A DNA stretch of 64,000 bases. It comes from a virus. Location: IMG/VR virus record IMGVR_UViG_3300045988_162372; one strand, written 5' to 3'. A model generated the notes under the pieces. It did no database searches. It had not been told where the DNA came from and saw only the letters and a program-made list of their open reading frames with translations. Of this stretch, positions 8,901 through 17,550 are shown piece by piece. The position numbers were made by a program, and so were the translations under genes. The stretch's first letter is position 1. Each line of letters opens with the position of its first letter.

Positions 8901-9962
8901 AATAACCATTGTATCGGTAGTATCACCTTCAATCGTTGTATTTTCCTCAACATCAGAAATATGTTTCTTTACAGTATCAAGTTCAGAGTTAACCTCATCC
9001 TTGAAATCGTTAAATGAAGTTTCTAATTGATTAATTCCGCTATATACAGTACCACTCTTATACTTGATATTGGTTGCACGTCCATCAACGAACAGTTTTT
9101 CGTCTTGTACGGATAGAATATTATTCGGGTCTTCTGAAATCTTCACGTTTGCCGAAATCGTATTCTTATCTTTATCAACCACAAGATTAACGTTATATCC
9201 GTTATTATCTGGTGTATATTGCGTATGCTCTCCAAGTTTGATGACTTTCCTGTTAGCATCATCCATAAATTTACCATCTTTCATTCCGCTCGTGACAAAA
9301 GACAGTTCGCATTTTTCTGGATCATATTCAAGATTAACAGTGGCGTAGATACCGTCAGGCTTCAAACCAAGAATATTGTTGTTGTCATCAAGGGTATCTG
9401 CATCACCGTATGTAGAAAATTTAACAGACGGTTTCAATTCCATACCCTTGTCAGTTGCAGTATAGCTTACAGCAATGGACTTAGACTCAACAGGGATAAG
9501 ATTAGTTGATTTAAAGCTATCTTGTGCGAATTTTGAGATAACAGCAATAGCCTCTCCAAGGCTGGTTGTATCGCCAATCAACTCATCTTTAACGTCAGGT
9601 TCATAAGTAACTTGATTTTGTATTTTGTTTTCATCAAACGTAAGACCAGCAGCATTTATGACATCTTTTAAAGTTGCAATAGCCTTGTCAAGTCTCTCAG
9701 AATTTTCGGTTTCAGAATTTTCTATTTCATCAACCTTGTCACTTACAGCACCAACGTCTATTGTGGCAATTCTTCTGTCACCCACACCAAAAGCCAAGAT
9801 AGCATTAGGTTCATCGCTATCACCGTAGAAATACAAGGTAGGTTCACCTACCAGACTGTCTGGTAGGAATTCCCTACGGATATATTTCATAGCAGTGTCT
9901 CTGTCAGCGAATATCTCCTTGTGAGAACAAAATTGCAATCTCCAATTTATATTGTTATTCAT
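5952..9962 (-). CDS. Long tail fibre protein (1336 aa, extensive coiled coil)
   Basis: Heptad-rich segments, repeated DAKAYTDSEIAK, the DLVDTYTAGDGMSLS...YLTVSADGVSINGID module and a GEPTLYFYGD N-terminus. Confidence 0.75.
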   Translation of the reverse strand: MNNNINWRLQFCSHKEIFADRDTAMKYIRREFLPDSLVGEPTLYFYGDSDEPNAILAFGVGDRRIATIDVGAVSDKVDEIENSETENSERLDKAIATLKDVINAAGLTFDENKIQNQVTYEPDVKDELIGDTTSLGEAIAVISKFAQDSFKSTNLIPVESKSIAVSYTATDKGMELKPSVKFSTYGDADTLDDNNNILGLKPDGIYATVNLEYDPEKCELSFVTSGMKDGKFMDDANRKVIKLGEHTQYTPDNNGYNVNLVVDKDKNTISANVKISEDPNNILSVQDEKLFVDGRATNIKYKSGTVYSGINQLETSFNDFKDEVNSELDTVKKHISDVEENTTIEGDTTDTMVITATKETNVGYRISGGVRLGGNKTIIHKDGGLEVDIEITCDIASNKLIVRTGNVTKEVELPGVDFIDNAYYDSVTQELVIEFNNGNTVRIPMSGLITIYRFENNTSSPVVFQVSDNTRSTEKVVTTAFRLASNDNILSINGNGELLAPKSTIDNAIAVETERATGVEARLQENITQESERAKAAELANANLISANTNAIETLRTSVEENKKAIDSLNADENTPNSVRYMLKYTYDTLNQGIQAEQQRAENAESALHERINDLTSSVASQVSSAIAESKTYTDTQLGTAKLELQAEISNAKTDAVNTASSDATSKADKALVDAKAYTDSEIAKNYTTVTSDIHNANDALEDKLVADYVAKDEKVLTDAKAYTDSEIAKLETNEGNLSTSIEELKAKDKELETSLATKIESVEVVKDEANDLHYQVLVDGVVAGDINIPQDQFLKSVNYDNASHKLQFIFKTENEHEQPIEVDISDLVDTYTAGDGMSLSANTFSVRKATLSEKYLTVSADGVSINGIDAAIDTLNGTIDTKTQEAQDNAIATAATDATTKADNALTQAKEYADRGLEKKANSADVYTKEEIDKKGYLTSVDLSDYATKTDVADETSRAQIAEKLNADAIDALEDRATAIETNVSLLQAEDRRLNIITSETNSIALTASKADGGTTLKADLKLNTTEDNIIKLDGNGVYSSIALNYNKAENSIALIVNGNEKSKFTLSEHSLVQEGHYDSVTQSIVLTIAKDGGETQQISIPVGDIVNEWTIDNGTDNPITLTKTAGADNVDILRARLAISTEAHNGILNNNGTLYMSNEASKLTALWGGDEVTVQKAIENLKTETDKVAGLVSDVDTLKSDMAQAKSDITVLQGNVTNLQTKVEQNTQNIAQNTGAINNLTTQVTELGSQVTNLSNQFTELSNQVEGYENRISKLEGDLTTVNNNINTINQTINQIKEQIGEPEEGKPSVAERLATIEEIINNLIDFGEYGSNS

Positions 9963-9993
9963 TATTAATATCTAATTTTTATGTGTTATATTA

Positions 9994-12348
9994 TTAAATA
10001 TCTCCGAAATTGAACGAGAACTGAATTTGAATATCATTTTCTCCACCTTTACTCTTTAAAGTAAGAATACCTTTTTCAGTATCAAAACTACTCCCTTCGC
10101 CAATAAGAAGTTGTTTGTCAAGAGTTTCGTCTGCATTTGTTCTTTCTTCAGTTTCCTTGTCAATCTTAGTATTAAGTTCAGTATATTTCGCTTCAACATC
10201 AGCTTTCACTTCATCGACAGTTGCGGATAAATCATCAACTTTTGAATTTACATCATCAATACCTTTTTGAAGGTTATTATCTGCTTGTATTCTGTTCTCA
10301 ATTTCAGCGTCAAGACGTTTTGAAACCTCATCAACATTTCCAGTAACGCTGTCAATCAATGTTCTAATTTCTTCATCGGCAGCTTGTCTTTCAGATTTCT
10401 CAGTATCAATAGCTGTTTGCAAATCAGCTTCGGCTTCAGTTGCACGTTGAACTTCGTTATCTATATTGGTCTGCAAGACAGTTTCAGCCTCGGTAGCTCT
10501 TTGTGTTTCGGCTGTAATTGCATCAGACAATTTCTTATCTTCAGCAGTTCTATTCTCAATCTCGGCAGCAATCGCACCGTTAATCGTATTAATACTGGTT
10601 TCCAATACATTGTTAATCTGGTCAAACGCTTTCTTAGTTTCTTCACCGAAATCAGCCAACGTATCGTTGATTTTCTTGATTGTCTCGTCTGTAGAATCAA
10701 ATCTGTTCTTTAAATCTTGAATATCAGCATCGGTAGAAGCGGCTTCATCATTTAATTTTTGTTCAAGCTCATTATCCTTGTTTGTTGAACGTTCAATTTC
10801 AGCGGACAGATTTTTATCAATCTCATTTTCCCTTGCAATAGCTCTGGTTGTTTCCTGATTGATTTGATCTTGGAGATTATCAAGAGTCTTGGTAACATCG
10901 TTAATAACATCGTTATAAATTGCGGTAGGAACGGCAATCAAATCACCTTTGACAAGACGATATTCTATATTGGAATTTCCATTAGGTGCATTAACGATTA
11001 CAACACTTTCACCTTCTTGCAGTTCATTTTTCAACCATTTCTTACCATCCCACTCATTCAAGAAATACTTCTTTGTTAAAGTGATACCCATTCCGTTATT
11101 AGGAAGCACGGGATTATAACACTTATTAGACAATGCAATGTTTGTTGCAGTCCAAATAGCTTTTCCTTTCTTCTGAGAAGGCATTAATACTGTTGAATAA
11201 GGCATACCCAAGATATTTTCTCTTTCAAGGTAATTATCTCCATTATAATCCTTTATCAAACGTAACGAAAGATTATACTTGGTAGAAATAACATCTTGAT
11301 AAACTGTTGATTTATCATATTCAAATCTCTTGGTAAAAGCATTGCTATATTGACTGTTGCTTGCAGTCCAGAACCACGCTCTTTCCAAGAAATAGCCGAA
11401 TTGTCCTCCATCATCGGTATATCCAGCAGGAGTTACAGCAAAACCATATTTATCTATGCCTCTATTTGGATGAAGAAATGGTTTATGTTGACAAGTTCCA
11501 TATTCGCCACAGTAGGTAGGAGCGCAAGGATTGCTTTTTCCACAAGTACAAACTGGGCAAGGAGTTGAAGTTTCTCCATCGTAGTTTATACATGTAGATG
11601 TGTCACAAACGCTTTCCAGTTTCCAAAAATCTTTCGATTTAAGCAATTTTCCTGCAAATTTACCGAAATAACGATTGCAGGTTGCAGAAGCATGGTCTTT
11701 ATTCTCATCACAAGGTTCAATTGCATTAAGCATATCATCCCAATCATCCTTTGTAGGAATACGCCACGGGGAATTGCAAGCATTTAAATCACAGGCGATT
11801 TGCTTTACTCCTTCATAATTGTACAAGAAACCATATTCACTGATATTTTCCAAAGTAAGATATCTATCGCCAGGCATTACTCTTTCACGGGAAGGCAGAG
11901 TTTCACATCTTGTGGTATCGACAACCTTTGTTACTGGCCTATACATACCAGTCTTGAACATCGGAGAAATACCAATAGGATTGGAGGGTTTTCCGTTTCC
12001 TTTCACAGTACCGTCAGTTGCAACGGCTTCACCAGTATTATAAGTGGTAGCAAACCCAGTAATCGTTTGGGTTACTCCATTTCTTTTAATATAAAGAACA
12101 CCATTAGTCGTATCAAAATCAAAGCTGATATCTTTTGTAAAGTCTGCAAAAGCATTCAATGTCGAAATGGTTTCGCCGTTCAACAAAGTGATGACAAGCT
12201 CATTGCCATTGACATTTACTGATTTAACATCTCTTCCCTCAAGAGTGAAGAAATTACTATCAACTTCATAACCGTCTAAGGCACAATTCTTTGTTATATC
12301 TCCTTCGTATGGAGATGTAAGTCTGAAATATGTTAAACCTTTGTTCAT
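9994..12348 (-). CDS. Tail fibre / receptor-binding protein with a FISUMP-like (Fibrobacter succinogenes major paralogous) domain and a C-terminal coiled coil
   Basis: WRIPTKDDWDDMLNAI ... GFAVTPAGYTDDGGQFGYFLERAWFWTASN match the TIGR02145-type pattern as remembered. Also a Cys-rich stretch and repeated QRATEAE heptads. Confidence 0.65.
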   Translation of the reverse strand: MNKGLTYFRLTSPYEGDITKNCALDGYEVDSNFFTLEGRDVKSVNVNGNELVITLLNGETISTLNAFADFTKDISFDFDTTNGVLYIKRNGVTQTITGFATTYNTGEAVATDGTVKGNGKPSNPIGISPMFKTGMYRPVTKVVDTTRCETLPSRERVMPGDRYLTLENISEYGFLYNYEGVKQIACDLNACNSPWRIPTKDDWDDMLNAIEPCDENKDHASATCNRYFGKFAGKLLKSKDFWKLESVCDTSTCINYDGETSTPCPVCTCGKSNPCAPTYCGEYGTCQHKPFLHPNRGIDKYGFAVTPAGYTDDGGQFGYFLERAWFWTASNSQYSNAFTKRFEYDKSTVYQDVISTKYNLSLRLIKDYNGDNYLERENILGMPYSTVLMPSQKKGKAIWTATNIALSNKCYNPVLPNNGMGITLTKKYFLNEWDGKKWLKNELQEGESVVIVNAPNGNSNIEYRLVKGDLIAVPTAIYNDVINDVTKTLDNLQDQINQETTRAIARENEIDKNLSAEIERSTNKDNELEQKLNDEAASTDADIQDLKNRFDSTDETIKKINDTLADFGEETKKAFDQINNVLETSINTINGAIAAEIENRTAEDKKLSDAITAETQRATEAETVLQTNIDNEVQRATEAEADLQTAIDTEKSERQAADEEIRTLIDSVTGNVDEVSKRLDAEIENRIQADNNLQKGIDDVNSKVDDLSATVDEVKADVEAKYTELNTKIDKETEERTNADETLDKQLLIGEGSSFDTEKGILTLKSKGGENDIQIQFSFNFGDI

Positions 12349-12371
12349 TTTTACGTTATATTTATTTAATT

Positions 12372-12379
12372 ATAAATAT
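12372..12379 (-). promoter_or_regulatory. Late-gene upstream element before the 784-aa fibre gene
   Basis: Sense GATATTTATAATTAAATAAATATAAC, 24 nt upstream of the ATG. Confidence 0.5.
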
Positions 12380-14353
12380 CTACTGTTTTAGGGAAATCGC
12401 TTCAAAATCGTAATTTTCCCTTATCTCGTTAATGTCCAAAATACAATTATATATTTTGAAACTTTTTATAAATCCGATAAAAGTGCCAGCAAACTCCTTT
12501 TCCAAAGGAAGTACATATTCTGGTAATTTTCTGTAATTCATATAAATTACGTCACACAATCCTTGTGTGCCACCTCCTATTGAAATATTAAAAGGAACTC
12601 CTATCTGTTTATCTTTCAAGTCATTCAACTCTTTTAACTCTAATGTGGGAAGTTCTTTTGAAACAAGACATAATTTCCCATTGACATACAAAAATATTTT
12701 CATTGAAGATTTATTGATAGGACTAAGTTTTATATGAATTGTAGCCCATTCATTATTTGCAATAACAGGTTTGGAAAATTCACTTTCAATCTTATAATTT
12801 TTAGTTTCACTATCACAATTCCTTACCATATATTTATAGCCAATACTTCCATCGTCTTTTATCTGGAATGATAAACCATTCTTAAATATATCATCCAAGA
12901 CATCATATTTTTTATTTTTCTTATCAATAAGTTCATCAATTGTCTTGATAGTATAACCGTCCTTAGTATGATTGAACAATATGAAATAATTTTCTATATC
13001 GGGAATTTTTATATCAGTCAAAATAACTTTAGTATTTTCATCCCAATCTTTAATAGTAAAGCCGTCATCAGTGTGATTGAAAAATATGAATTTATTATCG
13101 GTCTTTATCTCGAATATATTAGGTTGATTGAACGAATATCCTTCAGAAGTATGAAATATCTCGTTCTCATTCAATTGTTTTTCTTTATTATAATATTCAT
13201 CTTTGACATACATGTCACAAATATTGCAATTAGGAGTAATATATTCACTATCGACATATTCATCAGAAAAATACGTTCCACAACACACTTCTTTCTTTAT
13301 TGTTTTTGAAATAGATGATTTTTCACTAACAATATCAGGGCTATGTAGTTTTTCGTTATTAACAAGGACATCATGGCTTTCATTAAACCATATTGAATTA
13401 TCTTGATAAGTGTTCAAGTATTCAGGCATAGTAAATATGAATTTATTGTTGACAGAGCAATTACCACTATTATTTTTAATATTAGCCTGATAACAACAAT
13501 TACTTATTTTTTTATCCGATAAATAATCATCAGAAAAATACCCGTCCTTATTATATAAATCATCATAAGGTTTAATATAGTTGTCATTTAGAGTATTATT
13601 GTTATTGTAATCAACATTTACATACCCATCCACTACATAGCCATTATTAGATTTATCAACTTGTATGTCAACTAAATAATTAATCCACCATTTGTTTTCC
13701 GCACGTGTTCCTATATAAAAAAACATACCCTTATTTTGGGGATATCTATCGTTTAAACGTATTAGTTTATTATCTTCTTTGGCAAATTCTTCTTTTTTAA
13801 GTGTTATTTCAAAACACAAACCATCCCCAATATTATCAGGAAGAACTTGATAATCAAAACCAAAAAGTTTATAGAAACCTTGATAAAATCCCCCGTTTAA
13901 TCTAGCACATAATATACCATCTTCCTCAACAAGTTCATTGGAATAGTCATATAACATATTATTTCCATTTACCTTGTTTAATCTTAATCGTTTATCATCC
14001 TGTTCAATAGTAAGATTTGAATTAGTAAACAGATCATAGAATATTTGATTACTTACCCTATCTTTCTGGTATGAAATATATCCATTATCAACCCCAGTAA
14101 ATCCAATGTAATTGGTATTAACACCTTCATTTATGGCATCATTCCATGAATATAAGTTATCACTATATAAATTATCAAACCATACGCAATTAGGATTATT
14201 AATATCAATATAAGAAATAAGGCATCTTGTCTGTAATCCCTTGATTAGATTATTTCCAAACGAAACGTCAGTATTAAGACAAAAATCCCAATATTCGTCA
14301 TACATCAGACGAAAGTCAATTGGTATATTATAATTTTTTAAAATATTGCTCAT
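12380..14353 (-). CDS. Tail-associated protein with a C-terminal LamG / concanavalin-A-like lectin domain
   Basis: WATIHIKLSPINKSSMKIFLYVNGKL ... FIGFIKSFKIYNCILDINEIRENY is typical of Laminin_G_3-type domains. Internal duplicated FNHT[DK]DG[FY]TIK segment. Confidence 0.55.
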   Translation of the reverse strand: MSNILKNYNIPIDFRLMYDEYWDFCLNTDVSFGNNLIKGLQTRCLISYIDINNPNCVWFDNLYSDNLYSWNDAINEGVNTNYIGFTGVDNGYISYQKDRVSNQIFYDLFTNSNLTIEQDDKRLRLNKVNGNNMLYDYSNELVEEDGILCARLNGGFYQGFYKLFGFDYQVLPDNIGDGLCFEITLKKEEFAKEDNKLIRLNDRYPQNKGMFFYIGTRAENKWWINYLVDIQVDKSNNGYVVDGYVNVDYNNNNTLNDNYIKPYDDLYNKDGYFSDDYLSDKKISNCCYQANIKNNSGNCSVNNKFIFTMPEYLNTYQDNSIWFNESHDVLVNNEKLHSPDIVSEKSSISKTIKKEVCCGTYFSDEYVDSEYITPNCNICDMYVKDEYYNKEKQLNENEIFHTSEGYSFNQPNIFEIKTDNKFIFFNHTDDGFTIKDWDENTKVILTDIKIPDIENYFILFNHTKDGYTIKTIDELIDKKNKKYDVLDDIFKNGLSFQIKDDGSIGYKYMVRNCDSETKNYKIESEFSKPVIANNEWATIHIKLSPINKSSMKIFLYVNGKLCLVSKELPTLELKELNDLKDKQIGVPFNISIGGGTQGLCDVIYMNYRKLPEYVLPLEKEFAGTFIGFIKSFKIYNCILDINEIRENYDFEAISLKQ

Positions 14354-14404
14354 TTAATGGTATATCAAAGTCTTTTATAACAATAAATATCATTGGCTAA
14401 CTTT

Positions 14405-14412
14405 ATATTTAT
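14405..14412 (+). promoter_or_regulatory. Late-gene upstream element, plus-strand member of a divergent pair
   Basis: TATATTTATTTAATATAAAAG upstream of ATG 14436. Its minus-strand partner is at 14383-14390, upstream of ATG 14353. Confidence 0.45.
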
Positions 14413-14435
14413 TTAATATAAAAGAACTAATTCTA

Positions 14436-14957
14436 ATGAAAAAACATATTACGATAAAATTAACAGAAAGTCAATTATACGAGGCACAACAAGATGCGTT
14501 TGAATATCTCACAAATTCGGACACAATACATAATGATGGACAAAAAAACGTATCAGTCGGGGGAAAATTGAATGACAAAGAAAATGGTTCACCTATTACA
14601 ACTGACGATTTTGCTTCTATGACAACCGCACAGGGTTATAATAGATATGGAGCTATTGGAAATACATATACAAGAAGATTAACTGAAACAGACAACAACA
14701 AAGATGGGGTTGATGATTTTTATAATAATGACGAACTTGACATTATGAGCAATGGTGATGAAACAGACAATCTTGAAGGTGTTTCAAATACAGTTGATAC
14801 AAGGACAGACAACCTTGTCAATTTAATCAAACAATTACCTCCAAAAAAACAAGCTATTGTATTAAATAAAATACTTGAAAATATGGATTTAAATGGCTTG
14901 AGTTACAATTGGAAGAAAGAATTAGCTAAAAAATTAGGACTTGCAACAATTAAATAA
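14436..14957 (+). CDS. Hypothetical protein (N-terminal ITIKLTESQL motif)
   Basis: Long ORF with an ATG start, preceded by an ATATTTAT element at 14405. Confidence 0.6.
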   Translation: MKKHITIKLTESQLYEAQQDAFEYLTNSDTIHNDGQKNVSVGGKLNDKENGSPITTDDFASMTTAQGYNRYGAIGNTYTRRLTETDNNKDGVDDFYNNDELDIMSNGDETDNLEGVSNTVDTRTDNLVNLIKQLPPKKQAIVLNKILENMDLNGLSYNWKKELAKKLGLATIK

Positions 14958-14958
14958 G

Positions 14959-15930
14959 ATGATACATTTATTGAATGAAGGAAATAGCGAATTACGTCAT
15001 CGAAAATTTGCGTTACCAGATGGTATAAGAAAACATTTGCAAAATGTTTTAAATTCTTACAATGGTGATAAAACAGCAAATGGTTATCAACGTTTAACTA
15101 ATATTTTAAAAATGGATGGCATTATGTATAACGAAATGAAGCGCATCAAGAATTTCTTTGATAACTATAAAGGATCTGATAAATCATCTGAATACGTCTT
15201 AAATGGTGGAGAACCAATGAAGTTATGGGTTGATAACACATTATATAGTGCGACAAAAACCATACGGGATTATAAACAAGCCAAGAAAGATGCAGGGGAT
15301 AAAAATGCCTTTATTCGTCATCATGAAAAAGATAGACAGGAAAAGAAGAACAAACCTACACAAGTAAAATTCCATACAAACGATACAGAGTCTTCAATCG
15401 CAGATAACACCTTTATGAGATATGAAGGAAAAAATAGTGAAACTTCTTTAAATGAAAATGATATAACAAAATATATTCCCAAGAAAGTATATTCAGCAAT
15501 ACAAAAATTGAATGATGCTGTACAACAGCAAAAACAATATACAGGTGATGAATATTGTTTGATGGAACACGATGGGTATGAATACTCATTAAGCCCTATC
15601 ATCATAAATGATAAAGGTGAAATGGAATATGATTTGATTTATGACGATTATAAAAAAACACATTATCACGAAACAATAGCCTTAGTAAGAGAATATGATG
15701 GTGAAGTATGGTTTGACGAAGACGAATATAAAGAATACATTAAGCATTACAAATCAGATTTAAAACGTTATTTTAAATATTTCCAAGAGTATGGGGCAAA
15801 AGAGAGCGATTATGAAGAAGACGGAGAAAATAGGGTGTTAAATAGAATAAATAATGAAAGCAAGAATGGGATTACTATCATTATAACAGAAAAACAATTA
15901 AGAGAAATACAGAAAAATCATAAATATTGA
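14959..15930 (+). CDS. Hypothetical protein
   Basis: The ORF track starts at TTG 14941. The first ATG at 14959 directly follows the upstream stop, so I prefer it. Ends with ITIIITEKQLREI. Confidence 0.6.
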   Translation: MIHLLNEGNSELRHRKFALPDGIRKHLQNVLNSYNGDKTANGYQRLTNILKMDGIMYNEMKRIKNFFDNYKGSDKSSEYVLNGGEPMKLWVDNTLYSATKTIRDYKQAKKDAGDKNAFIRHHEKDRQEKKNKPTQVKFHTNDTESSIADNTFMRYEGKNSETSLNENDITKYIPKKVYSAIQKLNDAVQQQKQYTGDEYCLMEHDGYEYSLSPIIINDKGEMEYDLIYDDYKKTHYHETIALVREYDGEVWFDEDEYKEYIKHYKSDLKRYFKYFQEYGAKESDYEEDGENRVLNRINNESKNGITIIITEKQLREIQKNHKY

Positions 15931-15987
15931 AGATAGAAGTAGAATTCGTTATTATTACTATAATAATATTATTAACAAGTATAGATA

Positions 15988-16383
15988 ATGAGTTGGATTC
16001 AAACAATAGCAGATGGTATAGAAAAGGCATTTGATACTGTCAGACCTGCCTTGAAATCTATACCACCTTTTTTACTTATATGTGAATTATATAAAAGACC
16101 TGGTTTATCAGCAATCGCCCTTACAAGTGCGATAATCAGACGCTTACCAGAAGCTGGTATAGAAACAGGAGTTAATCCTGACGGTTCTGAAAACAAAGTA
16201 AATCAATTTGTAAGAATTATGTGCGAAGAAACAATTAAGGAAATAAAAGATAATGCTCGTGTTACTTGTGTAATTGAACCAGGAAGTGTAATAGGAACAG
16301 GCACAGGAGCGAATGCTGGAGGCCCGATTGTCGTGACAACAATCAATACAATGATTGGTAAAACAGTAGGGTTGATAGAATAA
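15988..16383 (+). CDS. Hypothetical protein (tail/baseplate module by position)
   Basis: ORF only. Gly-rich C-terminal half. Confidence 0.45.
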   Translation: MSWIQTIADGIEKAFDTVRPALKSIPPFLLICELYKRPGLSAIALTSAIIRRLPEAGIETGVNPDGSENKVNQFVRIMCEETIKEIKDNARVTCVIEPGSVIGTGTGANAGGPIVVTTINTMIGKTVGLIE

Positions 16384-16404
16384 AATCATAAATTAAAATA
16401 AATT

Positions 16405-16611
16405 ATGGGATTTAATATAAACACGGCAACCAATGCTGAATTAAAGCAAAAGTGTGAAGAATTAAACAAAGAGTATAAAATACTTCAAGCAGATATGGTG
16501 GAGAAATGGGGAAAAATGATTAAATTATCAGAAGAATACTCTAAAATAAAACAGTTACTGGATAAAAGGGAGGGAAGATTAAATGTCAGTGAGAACAATA
16601 CAGAAGAATGA
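16405..16611 (+). CDS. Small coiled-coil protein
   Basis: 68-aa ORF rich in K/E heptads. Overlaps the next gene by 29 nt. Confidence 0.4.
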   Translation: MGFNINTATNAELKQKCEELNKEYKILQADMVEKWGKMIKLSEEYSKIKQLLDKREGRLNVSENNTEE

Positions 16612-17476
16612 TGATATTATTATACGTTTGTGCGAAGTATTGTCTGTTGAAGATGATAATGCGGGATTAAGGATTAAGGTCAGGATTGACCCCGATGACG
16701 GCGATGTTCAATATATTGATGATTTACCATATACATACCCGTTGTTACCTAAATTGATACATATAAATCCAAAAGTAGGTGAATGTGTTATGGTTATTTT
16801 ATCTACACAAGGACAGTCTAATGGCAACAGGTGGTTTATTGGCCCTCTGATTTCACAACAATATATGACAAATTATGACCCTTTCAAATTTTCTTCAAGA
16901 TGTCTTTTGGAAGGACAACAAGTAGCAAGACCTCTCCCAAACCCATCACAAAACCCATTAAATAACGGAACTATACCTGAACATGATGATATTGCATTGC
17001 AAGGAAGACAAAACACAGATGTTATACTTAAAGACAATGAATTAAGAATTAGATGTGGTTTTAAAAAATATCCATTAGGAAAACCACAAGATAGTCTCGC
17101 ATTTAACAATATAGATCTAGGATACATACAAATGCGATATAAGCAAATGAAAGACAATAATGGTAATAATTTTTCGAGTGTCACTAATATTGTCTCTGAT
17201 AGGATTAATCTTTTAACATATGATTCAGCAAATTATTTCTGTATGACAGATCCAGATTCATTGATTACCGATGAGGAACTTCTTAAAATACTGGAAAATG
17301 CGCATCCGCTTCCGTATGGTGATAAGTTAATGGAATTCTTATCTAAATTAATTAAAATATTCAGGGAACATACACATCCATTTCCTATGGATCCGCCATC
17401 TCTGACACAGCCTGAAAAACAAACATTGTCAACAGACCTTACAAAAATGTTATCACAAGGTGTAAGAATAAATTAA
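16583..17476 (+). CDS. Baseplate central spike / hub protein (gpV / gp5 OB-fold-like)
   Basis: LCEVLSVEDDNAGLRIKVRIDP ... PKVGECVMVILSTQGQSNGNRWFIGPL resembles the Phage_base_V / gp5 N-terminal OB fold. HTHPFP lies near the C-terminus. Confidence 0.55.
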   Translation: MSVRTIQKNDDIIIRLCEVLSVEDDNAGLRIKVRIDPDDGDVQYIDDLPYTYPLLPKLIHINPKVGECVMVILSTQGQSNGNRWFIGPLISQQYMTNYDPFKFSSRCLLEGQQVARPLPNPSQNPLNNGTIPEHDDIALQGRQNTDVILKDNELRIRCGFKKYPLGKPQDSLAFNNIDLGYIQMRYKQMKDNNGNNFSSVTNIVSDRINLLTYDSANYFCMTDPDSLITDEELLKILENAHPLPYGDKLMEFLSKLIKIFREHTHPFPMDPPSLTQPEKQTLSTDLTKMLSQGVRIN

Positions 17477-17507
17477 ATCCGAGATACAATCATTTCTCGG
17501 ATTTTTT
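17476..17507 (+). terminator. Rho-independent terminator
   Basis: 9-bp stem AATCCGAGA / TCTCGGATT with a 10-nt loop, followed by a T-rich tract. Confidence 0.8.
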
Positions 17508-17509
17508 AT

Positions 17510-17517
17510 TATCTTTG
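17510..17517 (+). promoter_or_regulatory. Bacteroidota-type -7 promoter box TATCTTTG
   Basis: Matches TAnnTTTG, 34 nt upstream of the ATG at 17551. Followed by CTATTTAT at 17523-17530. Confidence 0.55.
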
Positions 17518-17550
17518 CATCACTATTTATTTATAAAATAAAGTATAACA

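Noticed and set aside
16583-16611. Programmed frameshift between the 68-aa ORF and the baseplate-spike ORF (29-nt overlap), by analogy with tail-chaperone G/GT
   Set aside because: There is no slippery heptamer or homopolymer in the overlap, and the downstream ORF has a normal ATG. Ordinary overlapping genes are the simpler reading.
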